DNA from: a virus
Taxonomy: Duplodnaviria; Caudoviricetes
Virus record (IMG/VR): IMGVR_UViG_3300012662_000198
Span: 1-64,000 of that record
Direction: 5' to 3' (one strand)
DNA: 64,000 bases
Shown: piece after piece, positions 19,801 to 29,017 of the stretch
Layout of the letters: each line of letters starts with the position of its first letter
How positions within the stretch are numbered: the first letter of the stretch is position 1
Position numbers and translations under genes: made by a program
The notes under the pieces: model-generated
Database searches by the model: none
What the model was told of the DNA's origin: nothing
The model's input: the letters and a program-made list of their open reading frames with translations, nothing else

Positions 19801-21926
19801 TCGACGCGCAGACCGACGTAGCCACCGAACGTTACGTGGGAACCGTGGTCAAGGACCACGCCGACCTGACCAACGTGAAGTGGAAGCAGTCCGGCGACAT
19901 CCGCGACGATTTGACCCAAGGATTGGACGCACGCTGGTTCCTGTACAAGCAGGGCGATGGCGACGTGAAGACCGACGAGAAGGTATTCACCGGCGACTAC
20001 GTGCATCTGACCAGCGGCCAGACCGAAGCGTACGGCCCCGAACACAAGATGGACGAGGTTGGCGACTACTATTGGGTCATCGAAATCAGCGACCCGAGCA
20101 CGAACCACAAGGTCGTCAAGCTGGGAACCCAGCGCGACCCGCGTGAATCGTTCCGCATCGTTGAGGCTTCCTCCGAAGCCCAAGTGGCCCAGCAGGTCAA
20201 CAAGCCGACCAAGGATACCGTCACCATCACCGGCCATCCGGCTGAAGGCACGCTGGTTTCTTGGAACCTGTACAAGACCAACACCGCCGCCGACGACGAT
20301 TATCTGATTGACAAGACCGAGCAGCAGGGCGAAGCCGAAGGCTCCGACGACGCCGACGCCGGTGTCGCACCTCAATCGGAGGACGACGGATACTCCGACA
20401 GCATGCTCGTCGCAAGCTATCAGACCCCGGCTGATGGTGCTCACCTCATCACCGCCGAGGAAGCCGCAGAAGCGTTGAAGAACGGCAAGGTCACCGTGGA
20501 AAGCCCCGAGTACACTCCGACCAAGGTCGGCGAATACTACTGGGTGTTCAGCCTGACCAGCCCGACCAAGAACCTCGCAGGTGACGGACAGCCGAACAAG
20601 CCGCAGAACGATACGGACACCAGCCATTTGGAGTCTGAGGACTTCTTCACCGACCGCATCCACGTGACCGATGAGACCGTGCAGATTATCGACGCGACCA
20701 CCAAGACCAAGCCGCTGGGCCATGTCGGCGAGAAGTTCCACGACACCGTGCTCCTTCAGGGCCGCGTGCCGGAAGGCTCCCAAGCCGACGCCACCCTCTA
20801 CCGTCAGGTGGATGGCGACGATTCAAGCAAGGACGAGGAAGTGCTGACCACGAAGCGCACCACGCTCTCCGAAGGGCAGGCTTTCGCCGACTTGGAGGAC
20901 GTGACCGTGGACAAGACCGGCGTGTACTACTGGCGTGAGCACGTGTATGTGCCGACCAAGCACACCACCACCGCCGACCACGACAAGACGGTGGAGGTCG
21001 AGAAAACCCCGACCGTCACCGGAAAGCCTCGCGTGAGCAACGAGACCGTCAGCGTGGTCAAGGTGACCACCACCACGCACCGTCTGGAAGCGCCCGGCAC
21101 CAAGCTTCAGGACAAGGCGAAGATTGAGGGCGACGTCGTTGAAGGCTCCTACATCATCTTCACCCTGTGGAAGCAGGCGGACGGGGACGACGCCAGCAAG
21201 GACGAGAAGGTGTTCACCAGCGACAAGGTGACGCTCAAGGCCGGTCAGAAGGAAGCCGACTCCCCGACCTACGAGGTCAAGGAGACCGGAACCTACTACT
21301 GGCGCGAAAGCATCTACAACCCGGTCGAAGACACCGACATTCCGCCGTGCGTCCCGCCGACCGAGAACACCGACGAAGACCATCCGTGCGACACTCCGGC
21401 ACACACCGAGAATCCGCGCACGCCGGGTGAAACCACCGACGTGGTGAAGGTCACGACCAAGGCGCAGGCCAACGGCACCGCCACCAAGCCGGTCAAGGAC
21501 ACCGCTCTTATCGAAGGCAGGATTCCTAACGACGACTACGAGCTGGTGTTCGAGCTTTGGAAGCAGAACGGAGACGACGTGAAGGACGACCAGAAGGTCG
21601 CCACCACCGACGCCGTGAACGTTCCAAAGAACGCCACCACGGTAGATTCGCCGGAAGTCATCCCGGCGGACGCCGGAACCTACTATTGGCGCGAGAAGCT
21701 GGTGGAGAAGTCCACCAACAGGCTCGTCCACTATGGTGACGCCCGGGTTCCGGGCGAAACCGTGACCGTGGGCGAACTCGCCAAGACCGGCGTCACGGGC
21801 GGCATCATCATTCCGGTCATCGGAATGCTCGCCGTGCTTGGACTGGGATTGGCTCTCGTTTCCACGAGCAGGCGTCGCATCGTTCCCCTTGAGAACGGCG
21901 CTCACCTGTCCGGCTCCAAGAAGTGA
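13806..21926 (+). CDS. Giant sortase-anchored adhesin (2706 aa) with an N-terminal thioester domain and tandem Ig-like repeats
   Basis: RBS gaggag; signal peptide; YC (Cys90), TQAAI and AQDLF (Gln276) motifs; at least 5 ~120-aa TFTAYDAVSG repeats; LAKTG anchor. Confidence 0.85.
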   Translation: MVNPLSKTLWEDKPPILKRVGRAAAALATATATLLSGVLTTGTAFATTNLGLPGYITNASFSVTFSNGVSLHGEQVIGPIAMKDGSYAYCREASVVTDLNPNNGTWSETSDPTAQKLAYIADKYKNDNSDLTQAAITYLVHMHFDNSGGPEYMAAVGRAGLKNGNWNDVVNTANRMWNEAAVPAGANASVAYTQGKRRGTVNPGIVDSSGHYISGVHYTLTLNGPAKFDQNNSNTLSGVTDGSEQHIPWTAAGNGNVTYTVSYPKYKAMLLNSPAQDLFRKADPENATSSVSFKVEKDFQPTVTTNVSKKQLTRGSPVQDNVTSGVASSDDEWADSVPVKFKGYYFVGDSKHILRTIKHDKDESPTDYLKRLRETDGIRQVAAATTSFTNSGQTNKVTAKAATGAIDYDSVNGLDDYQVSDDDAGLFGTWVWVEVKSDQSQQDYIKGDYIDGFGKAQETSVSVLPPNHDSTVLEQESGMNKDILDEINISRLPSDYSKFTGNTDYGFKADAKAKIRVWWTGSGTGNKKEDEKYVPTTEEEPTPDANHKLIGEWEVPAMNGKYKVGGGKIILYPSDGSDATTVADNVNIKATTKAECGYYVFIYDFPGSDRAQGFKSAYNNPWERSFISQDAQTVTLTTDVNKTTVTQGEKFYDTATIAGSVPRGSYVTFTAYDAVTGNPDVSTNKLLDNKRVNVTDEQADHSDTTQFEVKSPEISTNKIGKVYWVAKLYNANGKALAGHAIGLENETVEVVGPSLTTKTSAQQTYVGRPFHDTAVINNKIDAGAYLTFTAYDAVSGKPDTDATKLLDNKRVDIPADKIASSGVGKSFTVDSPDVTATKAGIVYWKATLYNKNGMELATHELGATGESVLVKNPSITTKVSKEQVSINEEFTDTATINGELSSGDYVTFDAYAPVSDAPNAQGAKLLDSERVNIPAKDVSASQNGQAVTVTSPKTRATEGGNVYWKATLHRFNGAVLATHDLGVAGETVQVKYPTITTHVSSTSVGVGEDFSDTADIKGVVHEGDFVVFRAYDAVGEKPDTNASLLLKDQKVNITAAQAEASAQNKTVTVKSKTVNTMNSGNVYWKATLYDRQGRQLATHDLGLPEETVTVRPPTITTQVTKTKVKPSEEFSDKATVNGKVLKGSYVTFTAYDAVSGDPDTNAPKLLDNVRVNIEDADAEASSTKSFTVTSPATHTDKSGSVYWVATLWSPQGKQLATHDLGLPSETVQVNPGGIVTSNAQKMGATGEQLYDEITVYDETSEAESADGQVHEGEGNSNPTGVIGRIPQNSTVTVEMYRQAKEDNGNNGLFKIAEKTVTIDTNKFTAIKAGQEGNRPGKLTFKVTDPSFKTSKAGMIYWKTTLKTPQGGVLDQHIYGEYGSDHKTGYTSYERTPVQKYSTTVSKKWLSDANGNYEDKTTQIYDVLHQTSYEQFDGESINGDTYTTGDSAQTAKGTKVQFEIWAKDGANAGKMVKQYNAEDLPKVRTLAKSEDPDKNHPYVGEDMLDNYQNVKSSTFTIPSDWSASKYYYRVKITVPTTTPGTGNDPSDNNRDVVWYGDDDESEEFDVIHMDTKSTEPLWLDSMNVSDEITLKGNIPAGSQYEAELWRTSKDGNVRKDAATKQDDSDHNGIASEKVATTGRVDIPSKAIGAHLNGVTFRSKSVKNPGVGSYIWRVKIYTPEMPHKDGNGVGTGGDTSMNAAFGVITKEWMTAAKATTDADDSQAGDYWQNATAKQKGNGDGYADRWLLFDGKNVASEKFEVVKLTTNVTGTPNIHTSEDEHYVDVTNGNDVNDKLTITGYMLKDYKVAFKLYKQAENQTADKDTVVKTLDPVSLTEAQKTLDSASVHLTDPADYYWQWVFTKPDGTAFQPDNINPAVSDKRIKDESFHAVRVTTSTYKWASKNGTVQDVARLEGHLPENATLTFEMHDYATGEKVASTKATTLKELGFNKSSIDQQLTGPSLKVPDAIDYYWVEVLNLPKDDRDTPLHVGKDKIKNESFRSIDAQTDVATERYVGTVVKDHADLTNVKWKQSGDIRDDLTQGLDARWFLYKQGDGDVKTDEKVFTGDYVHLTSGQTEAYGPEHKMDEVGDYYWVIEISDPSTNHKVVKLGTQRDPRESFRIVEASSEAQVAQQVNKPTKDTVTITGHPAEGTLVSWNLYKTNTAADDDYLIDKTEQQGEAEGSDDADAGVAPQSEDDGYSDSMLVASYQTPADGAHLITAEEAAEALKNGKVTVESPEYTPTKVGEYYWVFSLTSPTKNLAGDGQPNKPQNDTDTSHLESEDFFTDRIHVTDETVQIIDATTKTKPLGHVGEKFHDTVLLQGRVPEGSQADATLYRQVDGDDSSKDEEVLTTKRTTLSEGQAFADLEDVTVDKTGVYYWREHVYVPTKHTTTADHDKTVEVEKTPTVTGKPRVSNETVSVVKVTTTTHRLEAPGTKLQDKAKIEGDVVEGSYIIFTLWKQADGDDASKDEKVFTSDKVTLKAGQKEADSPTYEVKETGTYYWRESIYNPVEDTDIPPCVPPTENTDEDHPCDTPAHTENPRTPGETTDVVKVTTKAQANGTATKPVKDTALIEGRIPNDDYELVFELWKQNGDDVKDDQKVATTDAVNVPKNATTVDSPEVIPADAGTYYWREKLVEKSTNRLVHYGDARVPGETVTVGELAKTGVTGGIIIPVIGMLAVLGLGLALVSTSRRRIVPLENGAHLSGSKK

Positions 21927-21939
21927 CGGACTAGAACCG

Positions 21940-22026
21940 TGGGGGAGGGGCCGATAAGGTCCCTCCCCCATAACACATAGTTTGGGGAGGTGGGATAGCA
22001 TTACTCCCCACCTCCCCAAACTATTT
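21940..22026. terminator. Two tandem GC-rich hairpins after the adhesin gene
   Basis: ggggagggg/tccctcccc and ttggggaggtggg/cccacctccccaa stems, followed by a T-run. Confidence 0.6.
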
Positions 22027-22075
22027 TTTCTTTGAAGGTTTTTAAGATAGAAAGAAAAAACGGAAAAGAGGAGAC

Positions 22076-25000
22076 ATGCGTAAATCTATAGCCCTAATCG
22101 CGGCTGGGTCGATGATGCTCATGCCGCTATTGGGAACAGCGAGCGCGGTTGTTGTGCCTGTGCCGGTGGCGTATGCTGATTCGTCCAGTGGTGTTGCTGA
22201 TTATCCTGCTGGTGTTGGCGTGTATTTGGATGGTGTTCGTCTGGCGAGTTTTGACCCGTCGGGTAATGGTGTGACTTATGATGCGACGGGTAGGACTGTG
22301 CGGTTGTCTGGGGTGCCGGATGATTGGACGGTGCAGTGGTCTGAGGCGGTCAATGGGTCCACTAACAGCAAGTCTATTATGTATATTCTGTCGAATGGTT
22401 CCGTGACTTACCGGTATTGGTTTGATGGTGCCGCTGGTGCTGTGCGTACTGTGGAGGAGCTTCATGGTATGCGTATCACGTTGAACGGGAAGACGGTCGA
22501 GGGGGATGTTACCAAAGGTTTTACTGTTCATGATGTGACTTCCGGTGATTTGAAGGGGTATGAGAACGCTCCGTTCGGTTGGGTTCTTGACGGTGATTCC
22601 GAGGATGACCATTATACGTATACGGCTCATCCGGAGGGTTTGGATTCTCCGAGCGTGCAGTATACGTTTTTGTATGATGACACCAAGCCGCATGATGGTA
22701 TCGGTTCGTTGAGGGGCGTGAAGGCGTATTTGACGGTTGATGGCAGTGCGGTCAAGGGTTTCGATTATACGCTTGCCGATTCGGGTACGATTGCCGTTCC
22801 GTTCGATACGGAGGTTCGTTTGGAGGGGGTGCCCTCCGGTTGGAAGGCTGAATACAATGACGCCACGGGCAAGGCCAATCGTGTGTGGAAGTTGACCGGT
22901 CCGTGTGGTGACACGTTCACGTATGTGTTCCATCCTACCGCGGCGTATGAGGGCTATTATTACCTCGACCAGCTTCGGTATGTCCGCGCGTTCGTGGACG
23001 GTGAGCTGTTTGACGGGTTCGACTATAAGGGTGGCGCGTGGAGCCTTCCTGAGGCGACCAAGAACGTGGAAATCTCCGGTGTGCCTGATGGTTGGGGTCA
23101 GAAGCGTAGTGTTGGTGGGAACACCATCGCTTATGTGGTGTCCAGTCCGGACAATTCCGTGTCCGTCAATTATGTGTTCGACATCGCCAAGCATAAGGCG
23201 AGTCTGGACGAGTTGTCTAATGTCAAGGCCATTGTGGGCGGCAGTTATGTTCCGGGTTTCGACCCGAGGCAGTCGGGCGTCTACGAGTATGAGGACGGGC
23301 AGGGCATCGGCATCGTCAACGTTCCTTCCGGTTGGACGCAATCCGTGGTCGAGGGTGACGGGTACAAGGTGTATACGTTGACGAGCGGCGACCTTTCGGT
23401 GTCTTACCGTTTCAACCGGCATGTGAGGACCTATTCGGTGGACGAGTTGTCTCAGGTGGCCGCGTATACGGATGATGGCGTGGTGCGGGAGTTCAATCCG
23501 AAGGAGTCCGGCACCTACATCATCGGCGAGCATGCGACCGTGTGGATTGGCGGCGTGCCGGACGGTTGGCAGATTGAGTCGTCCGATAACGACATGACGT
23601 ACACTGTGACCAGTCCCGACGGGAAAATCAAGGTCGTCTACACGTTCAAACATGCGAAGCACCAGTATTCCGCTTCCGAACTGAAGGGCGTCACCGCCCA
23701 ACTGCCGAACGGGGATTACATCAACGGGTTCGACCCGGTTTCCGGCGGCGATTTCTCCGTGCCGGTAGGCACCAAGGGTGTGTCCATCAAGCGTGTCCCG
23801 TCCGGATGGCGTCTCGTCAAGGACGACGCCTTGTCGTACACGTTGTCCAGCGGTGACGGGGAAGTGTCCGTATCCTACCGGTTCCATGCGAGGAAAGGCC
23901 ACACTGTGACGTTCGACACAGACGGTGGAACGACGTTCCCCTCACGGGTCGTTGGTGACGGCGAAACGGTCAATCCGCCGGACGATTTCCCGGCCAAGGC
24001 CGGACACCGTTTCCAAGGCTGGTATGCGGACGGCGTTCCCTATGATTTCAGCCAGCCCGTCACCTCCGATTTGACCATCACGGCCAAGTGGAAGGCGAAC
24101 GTCTACAGCGTGTACTTCGACGCCGGGGCCAGCGACTACTGGTATCCCGCCCAGTCCGTCTCCTATGGCGACAAGGTTGCCCGGCCAATCGACCCGACGC
24201 TGGAAGGCTACGATTTCGCCGGATGGCTGTTGGACGGCAAAGCGTACTCCTTCGCCGCCCCCGTGACCGGCGACATGACGTTGACCGCATCATGGAAGAG
24301 CCAGCGGGTCAAGACGCATACGGTCACGTTCAGAGGGGCCGGAGACGACTTCACCCAGACCGTTGCCGACGGATTCACCGCCACGGTGCCCACTATTCCA
24401 AGCAAGAGGGGGCACACGTTCGACGGATGGTATTCGGGAGAAACATTGTACGACTTCACCTCTCCCGTCACCGACGATTTGACGTTGGAAGCCCATTGGA
24501 CGCGCAACACGTACACGGTCAGCTTCGACCCGAACGGCGGAACCGACGTGGACCCCCAGAAAGTGGCCTACGGGGATTCCGCCGCCAAGCCGGACAATCC
24601 GACGTTGGACGGATACACGTTCCAAGAGTGGACGCTCGACGGCGACCCCTACGATTTCACCGCGCCCGTCTCCTCCGGCATCACGTTGAAGGCGGTATGG
24701 AAGAAGAACGCGCCCGCCGTCCGGAAGCACACCGTCACGTTCGACACCGGCAAAGGAAGCAAGGTCGGGGACAGGACCGTCAAGGAAGGCGACCCCGTGT
24801 CCAAGCCCGACAATCCGACCCGCGAAGGATACACGTTCAACGGATGGCTGTTGGGCGGGGACCCCTACGATTTCACCACGCCGGTCATGCAGGACCTGAC
24901 GTTGACAGCCTCTTGGACGAAGAACAAGAGCACGTACACCGTCAGCTTCGACCTGAACGGCGGGGACGGCGACGCCCCCAGCCAGAAAGTCGAGGAAGGC

Positions 25001-27499
25001 TCCACCGTCAGCCGCCCCGACAATCCGACCCGCGAGGGCTACACGTTCGCCGGATGGCAGTATGAGGGAGCCGACTGGAACTTCCTGAACGCCGTCGAAT
25101 CCGACATGACGCTGACCGCCCAGTGGAAACGCAACGAGGCCAAGAGATACACCGTCACGTTCGACACGACAGGAGGAACCCCGGTCAGCCCACAGACCGT
25201 CAAGGACGGAGGCAACGCGTCCAAGCCCGACGACCCGACCCGCGAAGGCTACGAGTTCAACGGATGGACTTTGAACGGCACGGCATACGATTTCACCACG
25301 CCCGTGAGGACCGACATCACGCTGACCGCCGCATGGATTCCCATCAAACCGAAGACGTTCACCGTCACGTTCGACAGCGACGGCGGCACCATCGTCCCAC
25401 CACAGATGGTAAGCGACAAGGCCACCGTCAGCGAGCCAGCAGCCCCAACCAAAACGGGATACGAGTTTAAAGGATGGCGGCATGACGGCCAACCGTACGA
25501 TTTCACCACACCCGTGACCAAGGACATGACGTTGAAGGCCAAGTGGGAGAAAACGAAGGCCGAAACCTACACCGTGGCGTTCAACCCCGACGGCGGAAGC
25601 GACATTCCATCCCAGACCGTGGAGCAGGGCGGAACCGCGTCGAAGCCCGACGACCCGACCCGTGAAGGATACACGTTCCTCGGCTGGTATTCGCAGGACA
25701 CGGCCTACGATTTCACCACGCCGGTCACCGGCAATCTCATCCTGACCGCCCGTTGGCATAAGGACGAGAACCCCCAGCCCAAGACCCACATCGTCACGTT
25801 CGACTACCAGAACGGCGCTCCCTCCGACGTCAGAACCGTCACCGAAGGAGACACCATCAGCCAGCCGGACAATCCGACTAGGAGCGGCTACGACTTCCAA
25901 GGGTGGGTCGGCATCGACGGCTCCACGTTCGACTTCACCCAGCCCATCACCGCCGACACGCTGATAACCGCCAAATGGAAGAAGCACGAGGAGCCGCAAC
26001 CCGCCACCCGCACCGTCACGTTCAACACGAACGGAGGCACCAGCGTCGAACCACAAACCGTGACCGACGGAATGGTGGTCCGACAGCCCGCCGACCCCGT
26101 GAAGGACGGCTACGTTTTCGACGGATGGTATCTCGACAACAGCCCGTACGATTTCAACCGGCCCGTCACCAAGGACATCACGCTGACCGCCGTCTACCAT
26201 CGCAAGCCAGTCCCACAGCCGAACACGTACACCGTGGGCTTCGACACGGGCGAGGGAAGCAAAGTTGACCCGCAGACCATCATCGAAGGCAAGACCGCAG
26301 TCCGCCCGGCGGACCCGAGCAGAAGCGGATACGACTTCCAAGGATGGCTGTTGGACGGCCAACCGTACGATTGGAACACGTCCATCACTTCCGACATGAC
26401 ATTGACCGCATCGTGGAAGAAGCATGAGGAGCCGAAGCCCATCACCCATACGGTTAGCTTCGACACCGATGGCGGAAGCACGGTCGCACAGCAGACCGTG
26501 AATGATGGCGAAACTGCCGCAGTGCCGGATACTCCAACCAAGAACGGATATACGTTCTCCGGATGGACACTAAACGGCGAAGCATACGATTTCAACAATC
26601 CCGTCACAACCGACATCACCTTGAAGGCCACATGGGTTGAAAACCAGAAGCCCCAGCCGAAACGCCACACGGTCACATTCGACACGACGGGAGGGTCTGA
26701 AATCGGCCAGCAGACCGTCGATGAGGGGGAGAAAGCCATCCGACCCGCAAACCCAACCCGTGAAGGATACGACTTCCAAGGCTGGTTGTTGGGCGGACAA
26801 ACCTATGATTGGAACACTCCAATCACCGGCGACATCACCCTCACCGCATCGTGGACTGAGAAAGCCCCGACCCTATTCACGGTCGCGTTCAATACGGGCG
26901 GCGCTTCCAACATCCCATCTCAAAAAGTCAAGGAAGGTGATAAGGCCACGCGTCCGACCGACCCGAAGCGTACCGGATACACTTTCACCGGATGGCAGTT
27001 GGATGGCAAGGACTACGATTTCAACACTGCGGTATCCAAGGATATGACTTTGACCGCAGTATGGAAAGCCAATAACCTGCCCTCGACCGTCAAGAAGCAT
27101 ACCGTGACAGTGACCTTGTATGACGGCAAGACCGAACGTTATGAGGTCAAGGATGGTGAGAAGCTGACACTTCCATCCAATCCAACCCGTGACGGATACG
27201 TGTTCGACGGCTTCATTGACAAGGACGGCAATGTCTACGACATGAGCAAGCCCGTGGTCAAAGACCTGACATTGACCTGCGTGTGGAAGAAGGCCAACGG
27301 CGTCTCCTCCGACAAGGACAAGGAGATTGCCGACGCATCCACCAATAGGACGGTTGGTAATGGCGAACAGAATTCTGACTCCCAGAATCCTCTAGCCAAC
27401 ACCGGCGCTCCCGTCTACGGTCTGGCCGTCGCGGCTGTCATCGCGGGAATTGGCGGCATTGGAATCCTGCTCGCTCGACTGCGCGGCAGAAACAACTGA
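22076..27499 (+). CDS. Sortase-anchored surface protein (1807 aa): 7 N-terminal ~80-aa repeats plus 16 InlB-B (Flg_new) repeats
   Basis: Signal peptide; repeats with FDP...GVPxGW; 16 x TV.F...GG...P...P...GY.F.GW...YDF..PV..D.TL.A.W; LANTG anchor. Confidence 0.9.
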   Translation: MRKSIALIAAGSMMLMPLLGTASAVVVPVPVAYADSSSGVADYPAGVGVYLDGVRLASFDPSGNGVTYDATGRTVRLSGVPDDWTVQWSEAVNGSTNSKSIMYILSNGSVTYRYWFDGAAGAVRTVEELHGMRITLNGKTVEGDVTKGFTVHDVTSGDLKGYENAPFGWVLDGDSEDDHYTYTAHPEGLDSPSVQYTFLYDDTKPHDGIGSLRGVKAYLTVDGSAVKGFDYTLADSGTIAVPFDTEVRLEGVPSGWKAEYNDATGKANRVWKLTGPCGDTFTYVFHPTAAYEGYYYLDQLRYVRAFVDGELFDGFDYKGGAWSLPEATKNVEISGVPDGWGQKRSVGGNTIAYVVSSPDNSVSVNYVFDIAKHKASLDELSNVKAIVGGSYVPGFDPRQSGVYEYEDGQGIGIVNVPSGWTQSVVEGDGYKVYTLTSGDLSVSYRFNRHVRTYSVDELSQVAAYTDDGVVREFNPKESGTYIIGEHATVWIGGVPDGWQIESSDNDMTYTVTSPDGKIKVVYTFKHAKHQYSASELKGVTAQLPNGDYINGFDPVSGGDFSVPVGTKGVSIKRVPSGWRLVKDDALSYTLSSGDGEVSVSYRFHARKGHTVTFDTDGGTTFPSRVVGDGETVNPPDDFPAKAGHRFQGWYADGVPYDFSQPVTSDLTITAKWKANVYSVYFDAGASDYWYPAQSVSYGDKVARPIDPTLEGYDFAGWLLDGKAYSFAAPVTGDMTLTASWKSQRVKTHTVTFRGAGDDFTQTVADGFTATVPTIPSKRGHTFDGWYSGETLYDFTSPVTDDLTLEAHWTRNTYTVSFDPNGGTDVDPQKVAYGDSAAKPDNPTLDGYTFQEWTLDGDPYDFTAPVSSGITLKAVWKKNAPAVRKHTVTFDTGKGSKVGDRTVKEGDPVSKPDNPTREGYTFNGWLLGGDPYDFTTPVMQDLTLTASWTKNKSTYTVSFDLNGGDGDAPSQKVEEGSTVSRPDNPTREGYTFAGWQYEGADWNFLNAVESDMTLTAQWKRNEAKRYTVTFDTTGGTPVSPQTVKDGGNASKPDDPTREGYEFNGWTLNGTAYDFTTPVRTDITLTAAWIPIKPKTFTVTFDSDGGTIVPPQMVSDKATVSEPAAPTKTGYEFKGWRHDGQPYDFTTPVTKDMTLKAKWEKTKAETYTVAFNPDGGSDIPSQTVEQGGTASKPDDPTREGYTFLGWYSQDTAYDFTTPVTGNLILTARWHKDENPQPKTHIVTFDYQNGAPSDVRTVTEGDTISQPDNPTRSGYDFQGWVGIDGSTFDFTQPITADTLITAKWKKHEEPQPATRTVTFNTNGGTSVEPQTVTDGMVVRQPADPVKDGYVFDGWYLDNSPYDFNRPVTKDITLTAVYHRKPVPQPNTYTVGFDTGEGSKVDPQTIIEGKTAVRPADPSRSGYDFQGWLLDGQPYDWNTSITSDMTLTASWKKHEEPKPITHTVSFDTDGGSTVAQQTVNDGETAAVPDTPTKNGYTFSGWTLNGEAYDFNNPVTTDITLKATWVENQKPQPKRHTVTFDTTGGSEIGQQTVDEGEKAIRPANPTREGYDFQGWLLGGQTYDWNTPITGDITLTASWTEKAPTLFTVAFNTGGASNIPSQKVKEGDKATRPTDPKRTGYTFTGWQLDGKDYDFNTAVSKDMTLTAVWKANNLPSTVKKHTVTVTLYDGKTERYEVKDGEKLTLPSNPTRDGYVFDGFIDKDGNVYDMSKPVVKDLTLTCVWKKANGVSSDKDKEIADASTNRTVGNGEQNSDSQNPLANTGAPVYGLAVAAVIAGIGGIGILLARLRGRNN

Positions 27500-27512
27500 C
27501 GGATAGTCGGAT

Positions 27513-27555
27513 GGAAGTCCCTTGGCCTGTTTTGGGCTGAGGGACTTCCTTTTTA
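27513..27555 (+). terminator. Intrinsic terminator
   Basis: ggaagtccct/agggacttcc stem followed by T6. Confidence 0.8.
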
Positions 27556-27609
27556 CTTGAGGAGACTATATAATTCTCTAGTAGATTTACTAAAAGAAGG
27601 GTTTTAGTT

Positions 27610-27717
27610 ATGACTGTCACGGCACCGGTAGACACTATGGTTCCCATCAGCGACTTCAGTAATGGCAAATCCGCCGCCGCGTTCGCCAAAGTAAAGGACA
27701 ATAATCCGGTAACAGTA
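27610..27717 (+). pseudogene. Phd/YefM-type antitoxin, N-terminal fragment cut by an IS right end
   Basis: MTVTAPVDTMVPISDFSNGKSAAAFAKVKDNNPVTV, followed immediately by the reverse complement of the IS end (GTGA at 27718). Confidence 0.75.
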
Positions 27718-27823
27718 GTGACATTCTCCCCCGCCTGTAGAGGCGGGGGCTTCCTGCTCAAGAACCCCATCGGGTTCAGTATCGACAGGCTATCCCCACA
27801 TGCCCTGTGGTTCGCACGGTTTT

Positions 27824-29017
27824 CTAAGAGTTGTGCTGCTCGACGGTTCTTCTCGCCTCATCCCTGATGTTCAGGGCGGCGTTCACGTCACGGTCGTGGA
27901 TGACGCCACATGACGGGCATGTCCATTCGCGGATGGACAAGTCCTTGGTCTGCGGGTTCCTGTAGCCGCAGTCATGGCATAGCTGGCTCGACGGATACCA
28001 CCTGTCCACCCGCACCAGCTGTTTGCCCTGACGTGCGAGCTTGTATTCCAACAGGTCGCAGAACATGCCGTATCCGTTGTCCAACGCGCTTTTAGCCAGT
28101 CCGCTTTTCGCCTTGCGTCCGTTGCGCAGAAAACGTCCGGGATGTTCCATGTCTGGCTTGGGCTTGGGTCTGGCGGTCATACCTTTCAGGTTCAGCGTCT
28201 CGACCGCCACCGCGTCGTATGTCTTCACAAGGGCGTTCGCCTTCTTATGCTGCCAGTCGCGCCGTTGGTCGGCGGTCTTCTCATGCAACCGGGCGACACG
28301 ACGCTTCTGCCTGCGCCAGTTGGCGGAGCCTTCGGTCATACGGGAGAGCCTGCGCTGTTCCAGTGCGAGCCTGTCCTGTGTCTTCCGATAGTATCCCGGG
28401 TATTCCGCTCTCTTCCCATCACTGGAAACGTACAGGCCGTGCGACGCGTAGTCCAGTCCGACGATGTTCACGGGCTTCACCCGCTCGGGCGTTTGGGTCT
28501 CGCGCTCGAACAGGATGGTCGCCATGTACCTGCCGGACGGGCAATGCTCTACGGTGGCGGATTTCAGTTTCCAATCGTTGGGAATATGCTTGTGCTGGCG
28601 CACCGCCAGCCATCCGAGTTTCGGTAGTTTCAGCCTCCTTGCATTGTCGTCCAGTCTGATGTTGCCGCCGATGCGGTTGGTCGTGTACGACGCCTTGCCG
28701 CGACGTTTCGACTTGTATTTCGGGAAGCCCTTGCGTCCATTGTCGAAGAAACGACGGTACGCCTTCTCCAAGGCGAGCTGGGCGTTGCACAACGCCATGC
28801 TGTCCACCTCGCGTAGGAACGGGTATGTGTCCTTGTACAGGGCGGGCGTGGGGCGGCATGATTGCCAAGTGGTCTGATAGTGTGCGATGCGGGTTTCGAG
28901 CATAAGATTGTATACGAATCTCACGCAACCTATAGTGCGGTCTATCTGCCGCGCCTGTTCCACGGTCGGGTATGCGCGAAACCTGACGGCGATATGGGCC
29001 TTCGTCTTCTCGCTCAT
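27824..29017 (-). CDS. tnpB: TnpB RNA-guided nuclease
   Basis: RFRAYPT...GCVRFVYN N-terminus; VGLDY, AVETL and HDRDVNAA RuvC motifs; CHDC/CPSC zinc finger. Confidence 0.95.
   Translation of the reverse strand: MSEKTKAHIAVRFRAYPTVEQARQIDRTIGCVRFVYNLMLETRIAHYQTTWQSCRPTPALYKDTYPFLREVDSMALCNAQLALEKAYRRFFDNGRKGFPKYKSKRRGKASYTTNRIGGNIRLDDNARRLKLPKLGWLAVRQHKHIPNDWKLKSATVEHCPSGRYMATILFERETQTPERVKPVNIVGLDYASHGLYVSSDGKRAEYPGYYRKTQDRLALEQRRLSRMTEGSANWRRQKRRVARLHEKTADQRRDWQHKKANALVKTYDAVAVETLNLKGMTARPKPKPDMEHPGRFLRNGRKAKSGLAKSALDNGYGMFCDLLEYKLARQGKQLVRVDRWYPSSQLCHDCGYRNPQTKDLSIREWTCPSCGVIHDRDVNAALNIRDEARRTVEQHNS

Noticed and set aside
14124-26449. Long antisense ORFs (14124-16868, 18612-20783, 22127-23902, 24290-26449, and 5677-7026 elsewhere)
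   Set aside because: Shadows of high-GC coding strands; no motifs or RBS, while the opposite strands encode clear proteins.
23900-27300. Repeated ~210-bp units suggesting a DGR or shufflon
   Set aside because: Ordinary InlB-B domain repeats; no reverse transcriptase, no adenine-specific variant pair and no invertase in the window.
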